Assembly: GCA_947576095.1 (NCBI GenBank)
Contig: CANPPW010000002.1
Span: 3,776 to 67,775 of the forward strand
Reading direction: 5' to 3'
Source: an uncultured Mycoplasmatota bacterium
Lineage (GTDB): Bacteria > Bacillota_I > Bacilli_A > RF39 > UBA660
Length of the DNA: 64,000 bases
Shown piece after piece: positions 1-8,090 of the stretch. Every line of letters begins with the position of its first letter. The first letter of the stretch is position 1. The notes beneath the pieces are model-generated. The model was not told the origin of the DNA and searched no databases. It saw only the letters and a list, made by a program, of their open reading frames with translations. A program made the position numbers and the translations under genes.

Positions 1-198
1 TAAACAAAAAAATAAATAGAAATGAGACAAGAAATAAAAATAAGATTTATTATTGTGATTTTCAATCTTTTAGACATGCTATCACCTATAAAAATATATT
101 CGTTTCTTTTTAAAATATCAATAGTAAATATTGTTTATAAGATTACGAATAGAAAAACTTTCTTATTTTCTAAAATTTATGGTAGAATGAGAGTGGTG

Positions 199-1521
199 AT
201 GCAAATGATAAGAGAAGAATATGTAGATCAGTCTGGGGTAGAAGTGAATCAAAAAGAGCGTGATAAAAAAACAATTATGCGTGGACTTTTCTTTTTAGGA
301 GTGTTAATATTTATAATAATTTTATATTTTCTTTTTAAAAATCTTATTGAGAAGAACTATTGTCATAAAATGATTGATAAAATATCTAGTGTAGCTCTTT
401 CTTATACGAAAGATCAAAATATACTCCCTAAAAGTGAAGGGGATTATATTATGTTATCTTTAGATACACTTATAGATAAAAAACAAATTACAGAAAAAGA
501 TATAACAGTGAATAAAAAAATTGCAAGGGGAACTATAAAAATAACAAAGTATAAAAAGGAATATATTGTTACAGTAGAATTGAAAGACTGTGATTACTGC
601 GATTCTAGTAAAAGAAAGTGGTCTAAAGAACTTTCTAAGAAGCCAGATAAGAAAATTTTGGATGTAATCGCGTATTATAATTATTATAATAAAACAAACA
701 ATTATACAGATTGGACAAGTTGGTATACCAATGAACAACTTGCTCCTGATATATCTAAGGAATATAATATAAGATTGCCAAAACAAAAATCTATGCTTCC
801 CAAAATTGCAAGTGATGCAAAAATTATTTCGATAGATCAAGAAACGCAGGAATACTATCGATATCGTGATAAAAAATGGAAATACTATCGTGGTGGTGGC
901 AATTATACCTCTTATTTTTCTTCTATTCAACCAAGTGGATATAGTAGTTATGATCCTGCCACATTAAAATATACAGAATGGTCAGCTTATAGTTTAAATT
1001 ATCCAGAGAAAAAAACATATCGTGAAATACAAAAAACAACTGGTTTTAAATGGTATGTTGAAAAAAATGGTAAGAAGATATATTATAAAAATGGAAATTA
1101 TTTTGTAAGTACTGATGTACCTGATACTTATATAAAGGATAGTAAACAGAGTTCACCTATGTATCGTTATCGTGATAAAAGTTGGAGATGGTATGTAGGG
1201 GAAAAACGAACTTATAGTAGTTATTCTTCAAGTATGCCTAGAGGATTTACAAATAGAGATGATGAACTTTATACATTTGGAGCATATAGTAACTGGAGTG
1301 ATACGTCGTCTTTAAATGCGAATAATAGTGCTTATAGGGTGGAAGAATCAGATACAAGGTATCGATATAGAATTCATTACAATGTTTATTCGTTTGCGAT
1401 TTTCGAAAAGCCAGTCACCAAAGAAGAATTTGAAAAAAAATTACAACTCCCATTAGCTGATCTTTTAAAAAGAGAAGATATGAAGATTGATATTACTTAT
1501 AAATTCCGTTATAAAAACTAA
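199..1521 (+). CDS. Hypothetical membrane-anchored protein with Tyr/Lys/Trp-rich internal repeats (YRYRDKxW). The ORF runs from 22, but the likely true start is an internal ATG at 187, 199 or 205.
   Basis: Single TM helix (GLFFLGVLIFIIILYFLF), then a roughly 400 aa extracytoplasmic region with three copies of a YRYRDK-W-WY motif. Nucleotide-level repeats tatcgatatcgtgataaaaa (857) and tatcgttatcgtgataaaag (1161). The upstream 60 codons look like AT-rich promoter DNA (TGgTAGAAT at 180-188). Confidence 0.5.
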   Translation: MQMIREEYVDQSGVEVNQKERDKKTIMRGLFFLGVLIFIIILYFLFKNLIEKNYCHKMIDKISSVALSYTKDQNILPKSEGDYIMLSLDTLIDKKQITEKDITVNKKIARGTIKITKYKKEYIVTVELKDCDYCDSSKRKWSKELSKKPDKKILDVIAYYNYYNKTNNYTDWTSWYTNEQLAPDISKEYNIRLPKQKSMLPKIASDAKIISIDQETQEYYRYRDKKWKYYRGGGNYTSYFSSIQPSGYSSYDPATLKYTEWSAYSLNYPEKKTYREIQKTTGFKWYVEKNGKKIYYKNGNYFVSTDVPDTYIKDSKQSSPMYRYRDKSWRWYVGEKRTYSSYSSSMPRGFTNRDDELYTFGAYSNWSDTSSLNANNSAYRVEESDTRYRYRIHYNVYSFAIFEKPVTKEEFEKKLQLPLADLLKREDMKIDITYKFRYKN

Positions 1522-1523
1522 CA

Positions 1524-1552
1524 TTAAAAAAGTAGCTCTATGCTACTTTTTA
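1524..1552. terminator. Bidirectional rho-independent terminator between convergent genes
   Basis: AAAAA-AGTAGC-tctat-GCTACT-TTTTT hairpin. Confidence 0.6.
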
Positions 1553-2002
1553 TAAGTAAAATTCATCAATTTCTGTTTTTCTTTCTTCTTTATTTAGATT
1601 TAGTTCAAATATGGAACAAATGGTATTCATAACCTTTTGATTATCATTATTATGTCTAATAATATCTGACAAAGATAAAATACCCACAATTTTATGGTCA
1701 TCTGTGACAAGCAATCTTTTTATTTTATTTTGTTCCATCACTTCAAGTGCAAATTCTATAGTATCATTCTCTTCTACTGTGATGATTTGTTTTGTTAAAT
1801 AATCTTTTATATTTTTTTCATCATGGTTAGCAATAATTTTTACTACGATATCACGATCTGTTAATAGACCTATTATTTTTTTATGTTCGATTATTGGTAA
1901 TAAACCTACATCATTTTCTTTCATTTTTCTAGAAAGATCATATATGGAATCTTGCATGTTGCCATATAGAATTCCTCTGGTCATACAGTCTTTTACTTGC
2001 AT
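1550..2002 (-). CDS. CBS-pair domain protein
   Basis: 150 aa with two CBS-like segments (GLLPIIEHKKIIGLLTDRDIV; IKRLLVTDDHKIVGILSLSDI). RBS upstream. Confidence 0.75.
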   Translation of the reverse strand: MQVKDCMTRGILYGNMQDSIYDLSRKMKENDVGLLPIIEHKKIIGLLTDRDIVVKIIANHDEKNIKDYLTKQIITVEENDTIEFALEVMEQNKIKRLLVTDDHKIVGILSLSDIIRHNNDNQKVMNTICSIFELNLNKEERKTEIDEFYL

Positions 2003-2069
2003 AAATTCACCTCTTTATTAATTTTGACTAAATGAGAGGGATTATGCATATTCTTTTATAGGTGGGACA

Positions 2070-2837
2070 ATGAGAAGAAGAGCTAGAATTAAGAAAAAAA
2101 TATATGTTGGGAATTATATTGGATCACATAAGATTATTTTTACTATTCTTTTATTTTTGATAATGCTTTTTTTATCTTTTGCATGGATTCAGAAAAAAGC
2201 GTTCCCTGTATTTCGTACATTTGCGGAAATAGAATCTACAAAACTTGCCAATATTATAATTAATAAAGCAATTTCAAAACAATTGGTTGAAAATGCTAAT
2301 ATTGAAAATCTTTATATTATTACAAGAAATTCTAATGATGAAATAAAAACCATTGATTTTAATCCTGTAATTGTGAATAAGTTTCTAAGTACTGTAGCAA
2401 GTAGTATTCAACTTTCTTTAAAAAGAATAGAAGAAGGAGATGTAGATTTACTGGAACTTCCTGACGATATACTAGTAGAATATGACAAAGAGAAATTAAA
2501 AAAGGGAATTATCTATGAAATACCTTCTGGTGTTATCTTTGGTAATTCTTTTTTATCTAACTTAGGACCTAAAATTCCAGTTCGTTTTCATTTGATGGGG
2601 GATATCAGCAGTAGTGTAAGCACTAAAATTACCAATTATGGAATTAATAATGCTTTAATAGAAGTTAATTTAAATATAAAACTAACAATTATGAGTGTGT
2701 TACCATTTCTTTCTAAAAAAATAAAAATAGATAATAGTGTACCTATATCTATTAAAATGATTGAAGGTAATATTCCAAGTTATTATTTTAATGGAATTGG
2801 GAAGGAAACTGCAACCTTCTCTCTTCCTACGGATTGA
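2070..2837 (+). CDS. yunB: Sporulation protein YunB
   Basis: 255 aa, N-terminal TM, sequence pattern typical of YunB family. GGTGGG RBS. Confidence 0.65.
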   Translation: MRRRARIKKKIYVGNYIGSHKIIFTILLFLIMLFLSFAWIQKKAFPVFRTFAEIESTKLANIIINKAISKQLVENANIENLYIITRNSNDEIKTIDFNPVIVNKFLSTVASSIQLSLKRIEEGDVDLLELPDDILVEYDKEKLKKGIIYEIPSGVIFGNSFLSNLGPKIPVRFHLMGDISSSVSTKITNYGINNALIEVNLNIKLTIMSVLPFLSKKIKIDNSVPISIKMIEGNIPSYYFNGIGKETATFSLPTD

Positions 2838-2886
2838 TTTTATTGATAAAATAAGTTATGATAAATATAATTTGAGGTGGAGTTTT

Positions 2887-4182
2887 ATGTATCAAAGATA
2901 TGTGAAAGGAGCAAGTTTTCTACTTGTAGGCATTTTTTCTTTCATAATAGGATTTATTATGATAATAAAAACAATGCTTTTATATGATTTTTTTATCCAA
3001 ATGGTTGCTACTTTATTATTTATAGAAGGACTTGCACTCCTTTTAAAAAATCTTTTTACTCAAAATAAAAAAGTAGGTATCAGTAAAGCTTTTTTTCATA
3101 TTTTCATTTCTTTTTTATTGTTAATCTTTCCTCATGTAACGACGCCAGTATTACCATTTTTATTTGGAATCTATTTGATTTTAAACAGTATTATTTATGG
3201 TGTTGATTACTTCATCTCAAGAAAAAATAAGCTAGCAGGAAGGATCCATTTAATTTTAAAATCTATTTTTTTTCTTTTCTTTTCAGTTCCTTTTCTTTTT
3301 AGTCCCCGATCTAATATTAAGCATGTACTTATTTTATTTGGTATATATTTTATTTTCTTTGGCATTTCTTCTATTATTGACTGTATCGAAGAATGGAATT
3401 TTAAATATAAGAATTTGTTAAAAAGAAAAATAAGAGTGCCACTGCCTATATTTTTAACTACTTTTATACCTTATTCCATTTTAAGAGAAATGAATGAGTA
3501 TTTACAGGAGCCTCCTTTAAAACCACTTCTCCAAAAACAAAATAGTAGTGATTATGATCTAGAAGTATTTGTTCATGTTTCGCGTCATGACTTTACAGGT
3601 CCTGTAGGACATGTAGATTTATGGTTTGATGACATGATTATTTCCTATGGAGGATATGATATGAAATCTCGAAAGTGTAAAGATACAATTGGAGATGGAG
3701 TTTTATTTACTTGTGATAATAAAGAAAAATATATTGATTTTTGTCAAAAATATAATAAAAAGGTTTTATTTGGCTTTGGGATTCGTTTAACAGAACAAGA
3801 AAAGAAAAGTATAAAGAATCAGTTAGAATGTTTAAAGAAAGACATGTACGAATGGATTCCTTATTATAAAAGAGCGCTTATAAATCATGAAGATGTTTCT
3901 GAAGAAGATTATAACGATTATGTGAGTACATTGTATAAAATGACAAATGCCACCTTTTATAAATTTTATGGTGGAAAATTTAAAACTTTTTTTGTTTTTA
4001 GAACTAGCTGTGTTGCATTAGCGGATTATATACTAGGTGCCGCTGGAATTGATATTATAAAAGCCAATGGTTTTATTTCTCCAGGAAGTTATTATGATTA
4101 TTTATATAGAGAATTTTCAAGAAAGAATAGTATGGTTGTATCTTATCATGTATATACAAAGGAGGGGGATTTTTATGAGTAA
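2887..4182 (+). CDS. Polytopic membrane protein with C-terminal cytoplasmic domain (possible permuted papain-like His...Cys fold)
   Basis: About 6 TM helices in first 230 aa. C-terminal domain has GHVDLWFDD ... RTSCVALADYIL. AGGTGGAG RBS before ATG 2887. Confidence 0.5.
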   Translation: MYQRYVKGASFLLVGIFSFIIGFIMIIKTMLLYDFFIQMVATLLFIEGLALLLKNLFTQNKKVGISKAFFHIFISFLLLIFPHVTTPVLPFLFGIYLILNSIIYGVDYFISRKNKLAGRIHLILKSIFFLFFSVPFLFSPRSNIKHVLILFGIYFIFFGISSIIDCIEEWNFKYKNLLKRKIRVPLPIFLTTFIPYSILREMNEYLQEPPLKPLLQKQNSSDYDLEVFVHVSRHDFTGPVGHVDLWFDDMIISYGGYDMKSRKCKDTIGDGVLFTCDNKEKYIDFCQKYNKKVLFGFGIRLTEQEKKSIKNQLECLKKDMYEWIPYYKRALINHEDVSEEDYNDYVSTLYKMTNATFYKFYGGKFKTFFVFRTSCVALADYILGAAGIDIIKANGFISPGSYYDYLYREFSRKNSMVVSYHVYTKEGDFYE

Positions 4183-4672
4183 AGTTTTTCATACATTTTC
4201 CCCTATTTTTGATGAAAATTCTGAAATTCTTATTTTAGGTTCTATGCCGTCTGTAGCTTCTAGAGAAAATGGATTTTATTATGGACATCCTAGAAATCGT
4301 TTTTGGAAAATTTTATCTGATATATATTGTGTAGATTTAACCACAAAGGAAGATAGGGTTGCCTTTTTACATAAAAAGCACATTGCTCTTTGGGATGTGA
4401 TTGCATCTTGTGATATAGAAGGATCTAGAGATCATACAATTTGTAATGTTGTATGTAATGATATTTGTGGATTACTAAAGAAAACAAAGATTAAATTTAT
4501 TTTTTCCACAGGGAAAAAGGCGACTTTGTTATATAATAGGTATATTTATCCACAGACAAAAATTAAAACAATATATTTGCCATCTTCAAGTCCTGCCAAT
4601 CAAAGTATAAAATATGAGGAAATTTTAGAATCTTATCAACAACTGAAAATTTGTTCTATAAAAAAAATCTAA
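4175..4672 (+). CDS. DNA-deoxyinosine glycosylase / UDG-superfamily glycosylase (family-6/HDG-like motif)
   Basis: LGSMPSVASRENGFYYGHPRNRFW motif. GGAGGGGGA RBS 5 nt before ATG 4175. Confidence 0.6.
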   Translation: MSKVFHTFSPIFDENSEILILGSMPSVASRENGFYYGHPRNRFWKILSDIYCVDLTTKEDRVAFLHKKHIALWDVIASCDIEGSRDHTICNVVCNDICGLLKKTKIKFIFSTGKKATLLYNRYIYPQTKIKTIYLPSSSPANQSIKYEEILESYQQLKICSIKKI

Positions 4673-6360
4673 TGTTTTTTTCCATTAGATTCTTTTTGTA
4701 TATTCATTATAACGGGCAATATAATTGGTTTTCTTCCAGTTTTATTATAGATATAACTAGATAAGTTTGATGAAATTTCGTTTTTTATTTCAGAATAATT
4801 CATTTTCTTATTTAGTTTACTTTCAATTGCTTTTTTACTAATCATTTCTAAATTTCTTAAAAGTTCCTCATTTTCATTGACTAAAACAAATCCTCTTGTA
4901 GTAATATTAGGTCTACCAAGTAGTTTCGCATGATGTGTATCAATATTCGCAATTACAACTACAATACCATCATTGGCCATAATATTTCTATCTTTAATAA
5001 CAGCATTTCCAATGTCTCCAATACGGTTACCATCTACATATATATCTCCAGCTTGGATAAATCCAGCCTTTTTAATAGTGCCCTTATACATGGAAAGAAC
5101 ATCTCCATTATTGAGTACAAAAGTATTTTGTCTTGGTATATCACATAATACACCTAAATCTGCATGTTGTTTAAGCATTCTGTATTCACCATGAAAAGGC
5201 ATAAAATATTTTGGATTGATAAGTCGAATCATTAGTTTTAATTCTTCCTGGCTCCCATGACCACTAGTATGAATATCACTTAAAGATGTATTGGTACAAA
5301 CCTTAACTCCTTGTAAGTAAAGTTTATTGATGGTTCTAGAAATACTTACAGCGTTTCCAGGAATAGCACTAGATGAAAAAATGACAAGATCATCAGGTTG
5401 CAATTTAATTTGTTTATGAATTCCAGCAGCAATACGAGAGAGCGCTGCAAGTGGTTCTCCTTGTGAGCCTGTACATAAAATACAAACATTTTCAGATTTT
5501 AGATGATTTGCTTCTTCTGCCGAGATAAAAATATCTTTATTTTTAATATATCCACCTTGAATTGATATTTCAATATTATTTTCCATACTTCGACCAAAAA
5601 CAGTAATTTTACGATGATTTCTTTTACAAGTATCCACAATGTGTTTTAATCGATAAATATTAGATGCAAAGGTTGCGATAATGATTCTCCCTTTATGTGT
5701 GGAAAAAATTTCCGATAGAGCCTCATCTACTTTAGACTCACTATTACTCATTCCTTCATTTAATGCATTGGTACTATCACTTAGTAAAAGAGTAACACCT
5801 TTTGCCCCAATTTTTGCCATTTTATGTAAATTTGCCATCGGGCCAATAGGGGTAAGGTCAAATTTAAAGTCTCCTGTTGTAACAATGGTTCCATTACTTG
5901 TTGTGATACATATGCCATGTGAATCAGGAATAGAGTGAGTTGTTCTGAAGAACTCTACTTCCATATCTTTAAATTTCACTTTTGTTTTTTCGGTATATGT
6001 GATTAAATTTTTATATTGTATGTTCCGATCTGCTAATTTCTTTTTGATAAGCCCTACTGCTTGAGCAGGAGCATAAATATAAGGGATGTTTACTTGCTGC
6101 AATAAAAAGGGAATTCCTCCAATATGATCTTCATGACCATGTGTAATAAATAAAGCTTTTACTTTACTCTCATTTTGTTTTAAAAATGAAAAATCTGGTA
6201 TGATATAATCAATTCCTAAAACTTCTCCCGCAGGGAAAGTAATTCCTGCATCCGTTATAATGATTTGGTTATTATGCATAACACAATACATATTTTTCCC
6301 AACTTCTCCAAGTCCACCAAGAGCAAATATTTTGGTGTCCTTGTCATTTCCAAATTTCAT
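4669..6360 (-). CDS. rnj: Ribonuclease J (metallo-beta-lactamase / beta-CASP RNase)
   Basis: HGHEDHIGG motif, 563 aa, characteristic N-terminus MKFGNDKDTKIFALGGLGEVGKNMY. AAAGGAG RBS. Confidence 0.9.
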   Translation of the reverse strand: MKFGNDKDTKIFALGGLGEVGKNMYCVMHNNQIIITDAGITFPAGEVLGIDYIIPDFSFLKQNESKVKALFITHGHEDHIGGIPFLLQQVNIPYIYAPAQAVGLIKKKLADRNIQYKNLITYTEKTKVKFKDMEVEFFRTTHSIPDSHGICITTSNGTIVTTGDFKFDLTPIGPMANLHKMAKIGAKGVTLLLSDSTNALNEGMSNSESKVDEALSEIFSTHKGRIIIATFASNIYRLKHIVDTCKRNHRKITVFGRSMENNIEISIQGGYIKNKDIFISAEEANHLKSENVCILCTGSQGEPLAALSRIAAGIHKQIKLQPDDLVIFSSSAIPGNAVSISRTINKLYLQGVKVCTNTSLSDIHTSGHGSQEELKLMIRLINPKYFMPFHGEYRMLKQHADLGVLCDIPRQNTFVLNNGDVLSMYKGTIKKAGFIQAGDIYVDGNRIGDIGNAVIKDRNIMANDGIVVVIANIDTHHAKLLGRPNITTRGFVLVNENEELLRNLEMISKKAIESKLNKKMNYSEIKNEISSNLSSYIYNKTGRKPIILPVIMNIQKESNGKKH

Positions 6361-6453
6361 TCAAATCTCCTTTCTTTATTGATTCGTAATCACTGGACTT
6401 TAACATTATAGCTTTTTTTGTATATTTTGTCTAGTCCCTAGGATTATTTGCAA

Positions 6454-6470
6454 ATGGGAATAGTTCCCAT
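6454..6470. promoter_or_regulatory. Perfect palindrome ATGGGAA-TAG-TTCCCAT in the divergent rnj/ftsY intergenic region
   Basis: 7-bp arms and 3-nt spacer, seen directly in sequence. About 95 nt upstream of the rnj start codon. Confidence 0.4.
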
Positions 6471-6544
6471 AATATTTCTAAAAAGATCTTGAGACACTAG
6501 TTTCTTTTTTAATAAAAATAGTGTAAAATGAAAATGGTGATATA

Positions 6545-7522
6545 ATGGGAATACTTAATAAATTTAAAAAAATATTTGATCATAAAAGTGAGGATGAAAA
6601 AAAAGATTTGGAACTTTATGATAAAGGTCTTTCTAAAACTAGAGGTGAATTTGTTTCAAAACTAAATCTTTTGACGATGAAATATAATAAAATTGATGAA
6701 GGATATTTTGATGAATTAGAGGAAATATTAATTATGGCAGATATTGGTGTAGATACAGTAATGTCATTTATTGATAAACTAAAAAAAAGAGTAAGACATG
6801 AAAATATTACATCAGCAGAATCTTTGAAAGAAATGATTGTTGATGAAATGTTTATTATTTATGTGGATAGTGATATTATTGAGAATAAAATTCATTATGC
6901 TAAGGAAGGGCCCACTGTTCTTTTATATGTTGGTGTAAATGGTGTTGGGAAAACGACAACCATTGGGAAAATGGCTTATCAGTTAAAAAAATCAGGAAAA
7001 AAGGTTTTATTAGTTGCAGGAGATACTTTTAGAGCTGGAGCTGTAGAACAATTAATAGAGTGGGGAGATAAAACGTCCTGTGATGTAATATATAAGGAAA
7101 ATGCAGACCCATCTAGTGTTATATATGATTCTCTTTTGAAAGCAAAAGAAGAAGCTTATGATGTGGTTTTAATTGATACTGCAGGTAGACTGCAGAACAA
7201 GGTTGGGTTAATGAAGGAACTTGAGAAAATGAATAAAGTTATTGGAAATTTAATTGAAAATGCGCCACATGAAACACTCCTTGTAGTAGATGCGACAACA
7301 GGACAAAATGGTATTAGTCAGGCTAAAAGTTTTAAAGAAATTACTAATATTACAGGAATTGTATTGACAAAATTAGATGGTACAGCCAAGGGAGGAATTG
7401 TTCTTGCGATTAAAGGGGAAACAAAAATTCCTGTTAAATATGTTGGACTTGGTGAAGGAAAAGAAGATCTTAAAGTTTTTGATATAGAAAATTATATTTA
7501 TGGATTATTTAAGGAGTGGTAA
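6545..7522 (+). CDS. ftsY: Signal recognition particle receptor FtsY
   Basis: GVNGVGKTTTIGK P-loop, DTAGR, TKLDGTAKGG motifs. Confidence 0.92.
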   Translation: MGILNKFKKIFDHKSEDEKKDLELYDKGLSKTRGEFVSKLNLLTMKYNKIDEGYFDELEEILIMADIGVDTVMSFIDKLKKRVRHENITSAESLKEMIVDEMFIIYVDSDIIENKIHYAKEGPTVLLYVGVNGVGKTTTIGKMAYQLKKSGKKVLLVAGDTFRAGAVEQLIEWGDKTSCDVIYKENADPSSVIYDSLLKAKEEAYDVVLIDTAGRLQNKVGLMKELEKMNKVIGNLIENAPHETLLVVDATTGQNGISQAKSFKEITNITGIVLTKLDGTAKGGIVLAIKGETKIPVKYVGLGEGKEDLKVFDIENYIYGLFKEW

Positions 7523-7523
7523 T

Positions 7524-7787
7524 ATGCATACAAAAACGATTGAATGGAAAATAGATAATAAAATAGGTGTTTGGCTTCAACTGCTTGTAAGCATTCCCCT
7601 TTTGATTTTTGTTGTTTTTTACTTTTTTAATAAAAATACAGTCCCCCTTTTAATGGGAACTGCTTCTATATTTTTGTTTTTAGGTGCTTATAATAATTTT
7701 AAATATTATAAAAGAAAATATATGACTTATTTATATCTTATTGTAGGAAGTATTTTACTTATAGATTTTATAACAAAGGTATTTTAA
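7524..7787 (+). CDS. Small two-TM membrane protein, hypothetical
   Basis: GGAGTGG RBS 5 nt upstream of ATG 7524. Two hydrophobic helices. Stop overlaps ylxM start (TAATG). Confidence 0.5.
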   Translation: MHTKTIEWKIDNKIGVWLQLLVSIPLLIFVVFYFFNKNTVPLLMGTASIFLFLGAYNNFKYYKRKYMTYLYLIVGSILLIDFITKVF

Positions 7788-8080
7788 TGGAAAATAAAAT
7801 TTATATAAGTAATTTATTTGATTTATATGAGGGATTATTAACCGATAAACAAAAAGAATATTTTAAGGCTTATTATTTTGATGATTTAAGTTTATCAGAA
7901 TTAAGTGAGAATTATCATATTAGTAGAAATGCTATACACAAGCAAATTAAAGAAGCTATTTATAAACTACAGTTTTATGAAGAAAAATTAATGCTTTATC
8001 AAAAGAAAAAAAGAATATATGATATAATGAATCAAATAGAAGATCATCATATTAAAGAACAATTAAAAGAATTATTATAG
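7787..8080 (+). CDS. ylxM: YlxM/p13-like DNA-binding protein (UPF0122, sigma-70 region-4-like HTH)
   Basis: LFDLYEGLLTDKQKEYFKAYYFDDLSLSELSENYHISRNAIHKQIKEA matches the YlxM family. Canonical position immediately after ftsY. Confidence 0.75.
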   Translation: MENKIYISNLFDLYEGLLTDKQKEYFKAYYFDDLSLSELSENYHISRNAIHKQIKEAIYKLQFYEEKLMLYQKKKRIYDIMNQIEDHHIKEQLKELL

Positions 8081-8090
8081 GGAGGCTTTT

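Noticed and set aside
460-930. 156-aa minus-strand ORF
   Set aside because: Lies entirely inside the better-supported plus-strand repeat-protein gene. Low-complexity Ile/Phe-rich translation typical of an antisense AT-rich artefact.
4930-5194. Two short plus-strand ORFs (72 and 73 aa) inside rnj
   Set aside because: Antisense to a highly conserved RNase J coding region. No RBS.
5681-5938. 85-aa plus ORF inside rnj
   Set aside because: Antisense to the rnj gene.
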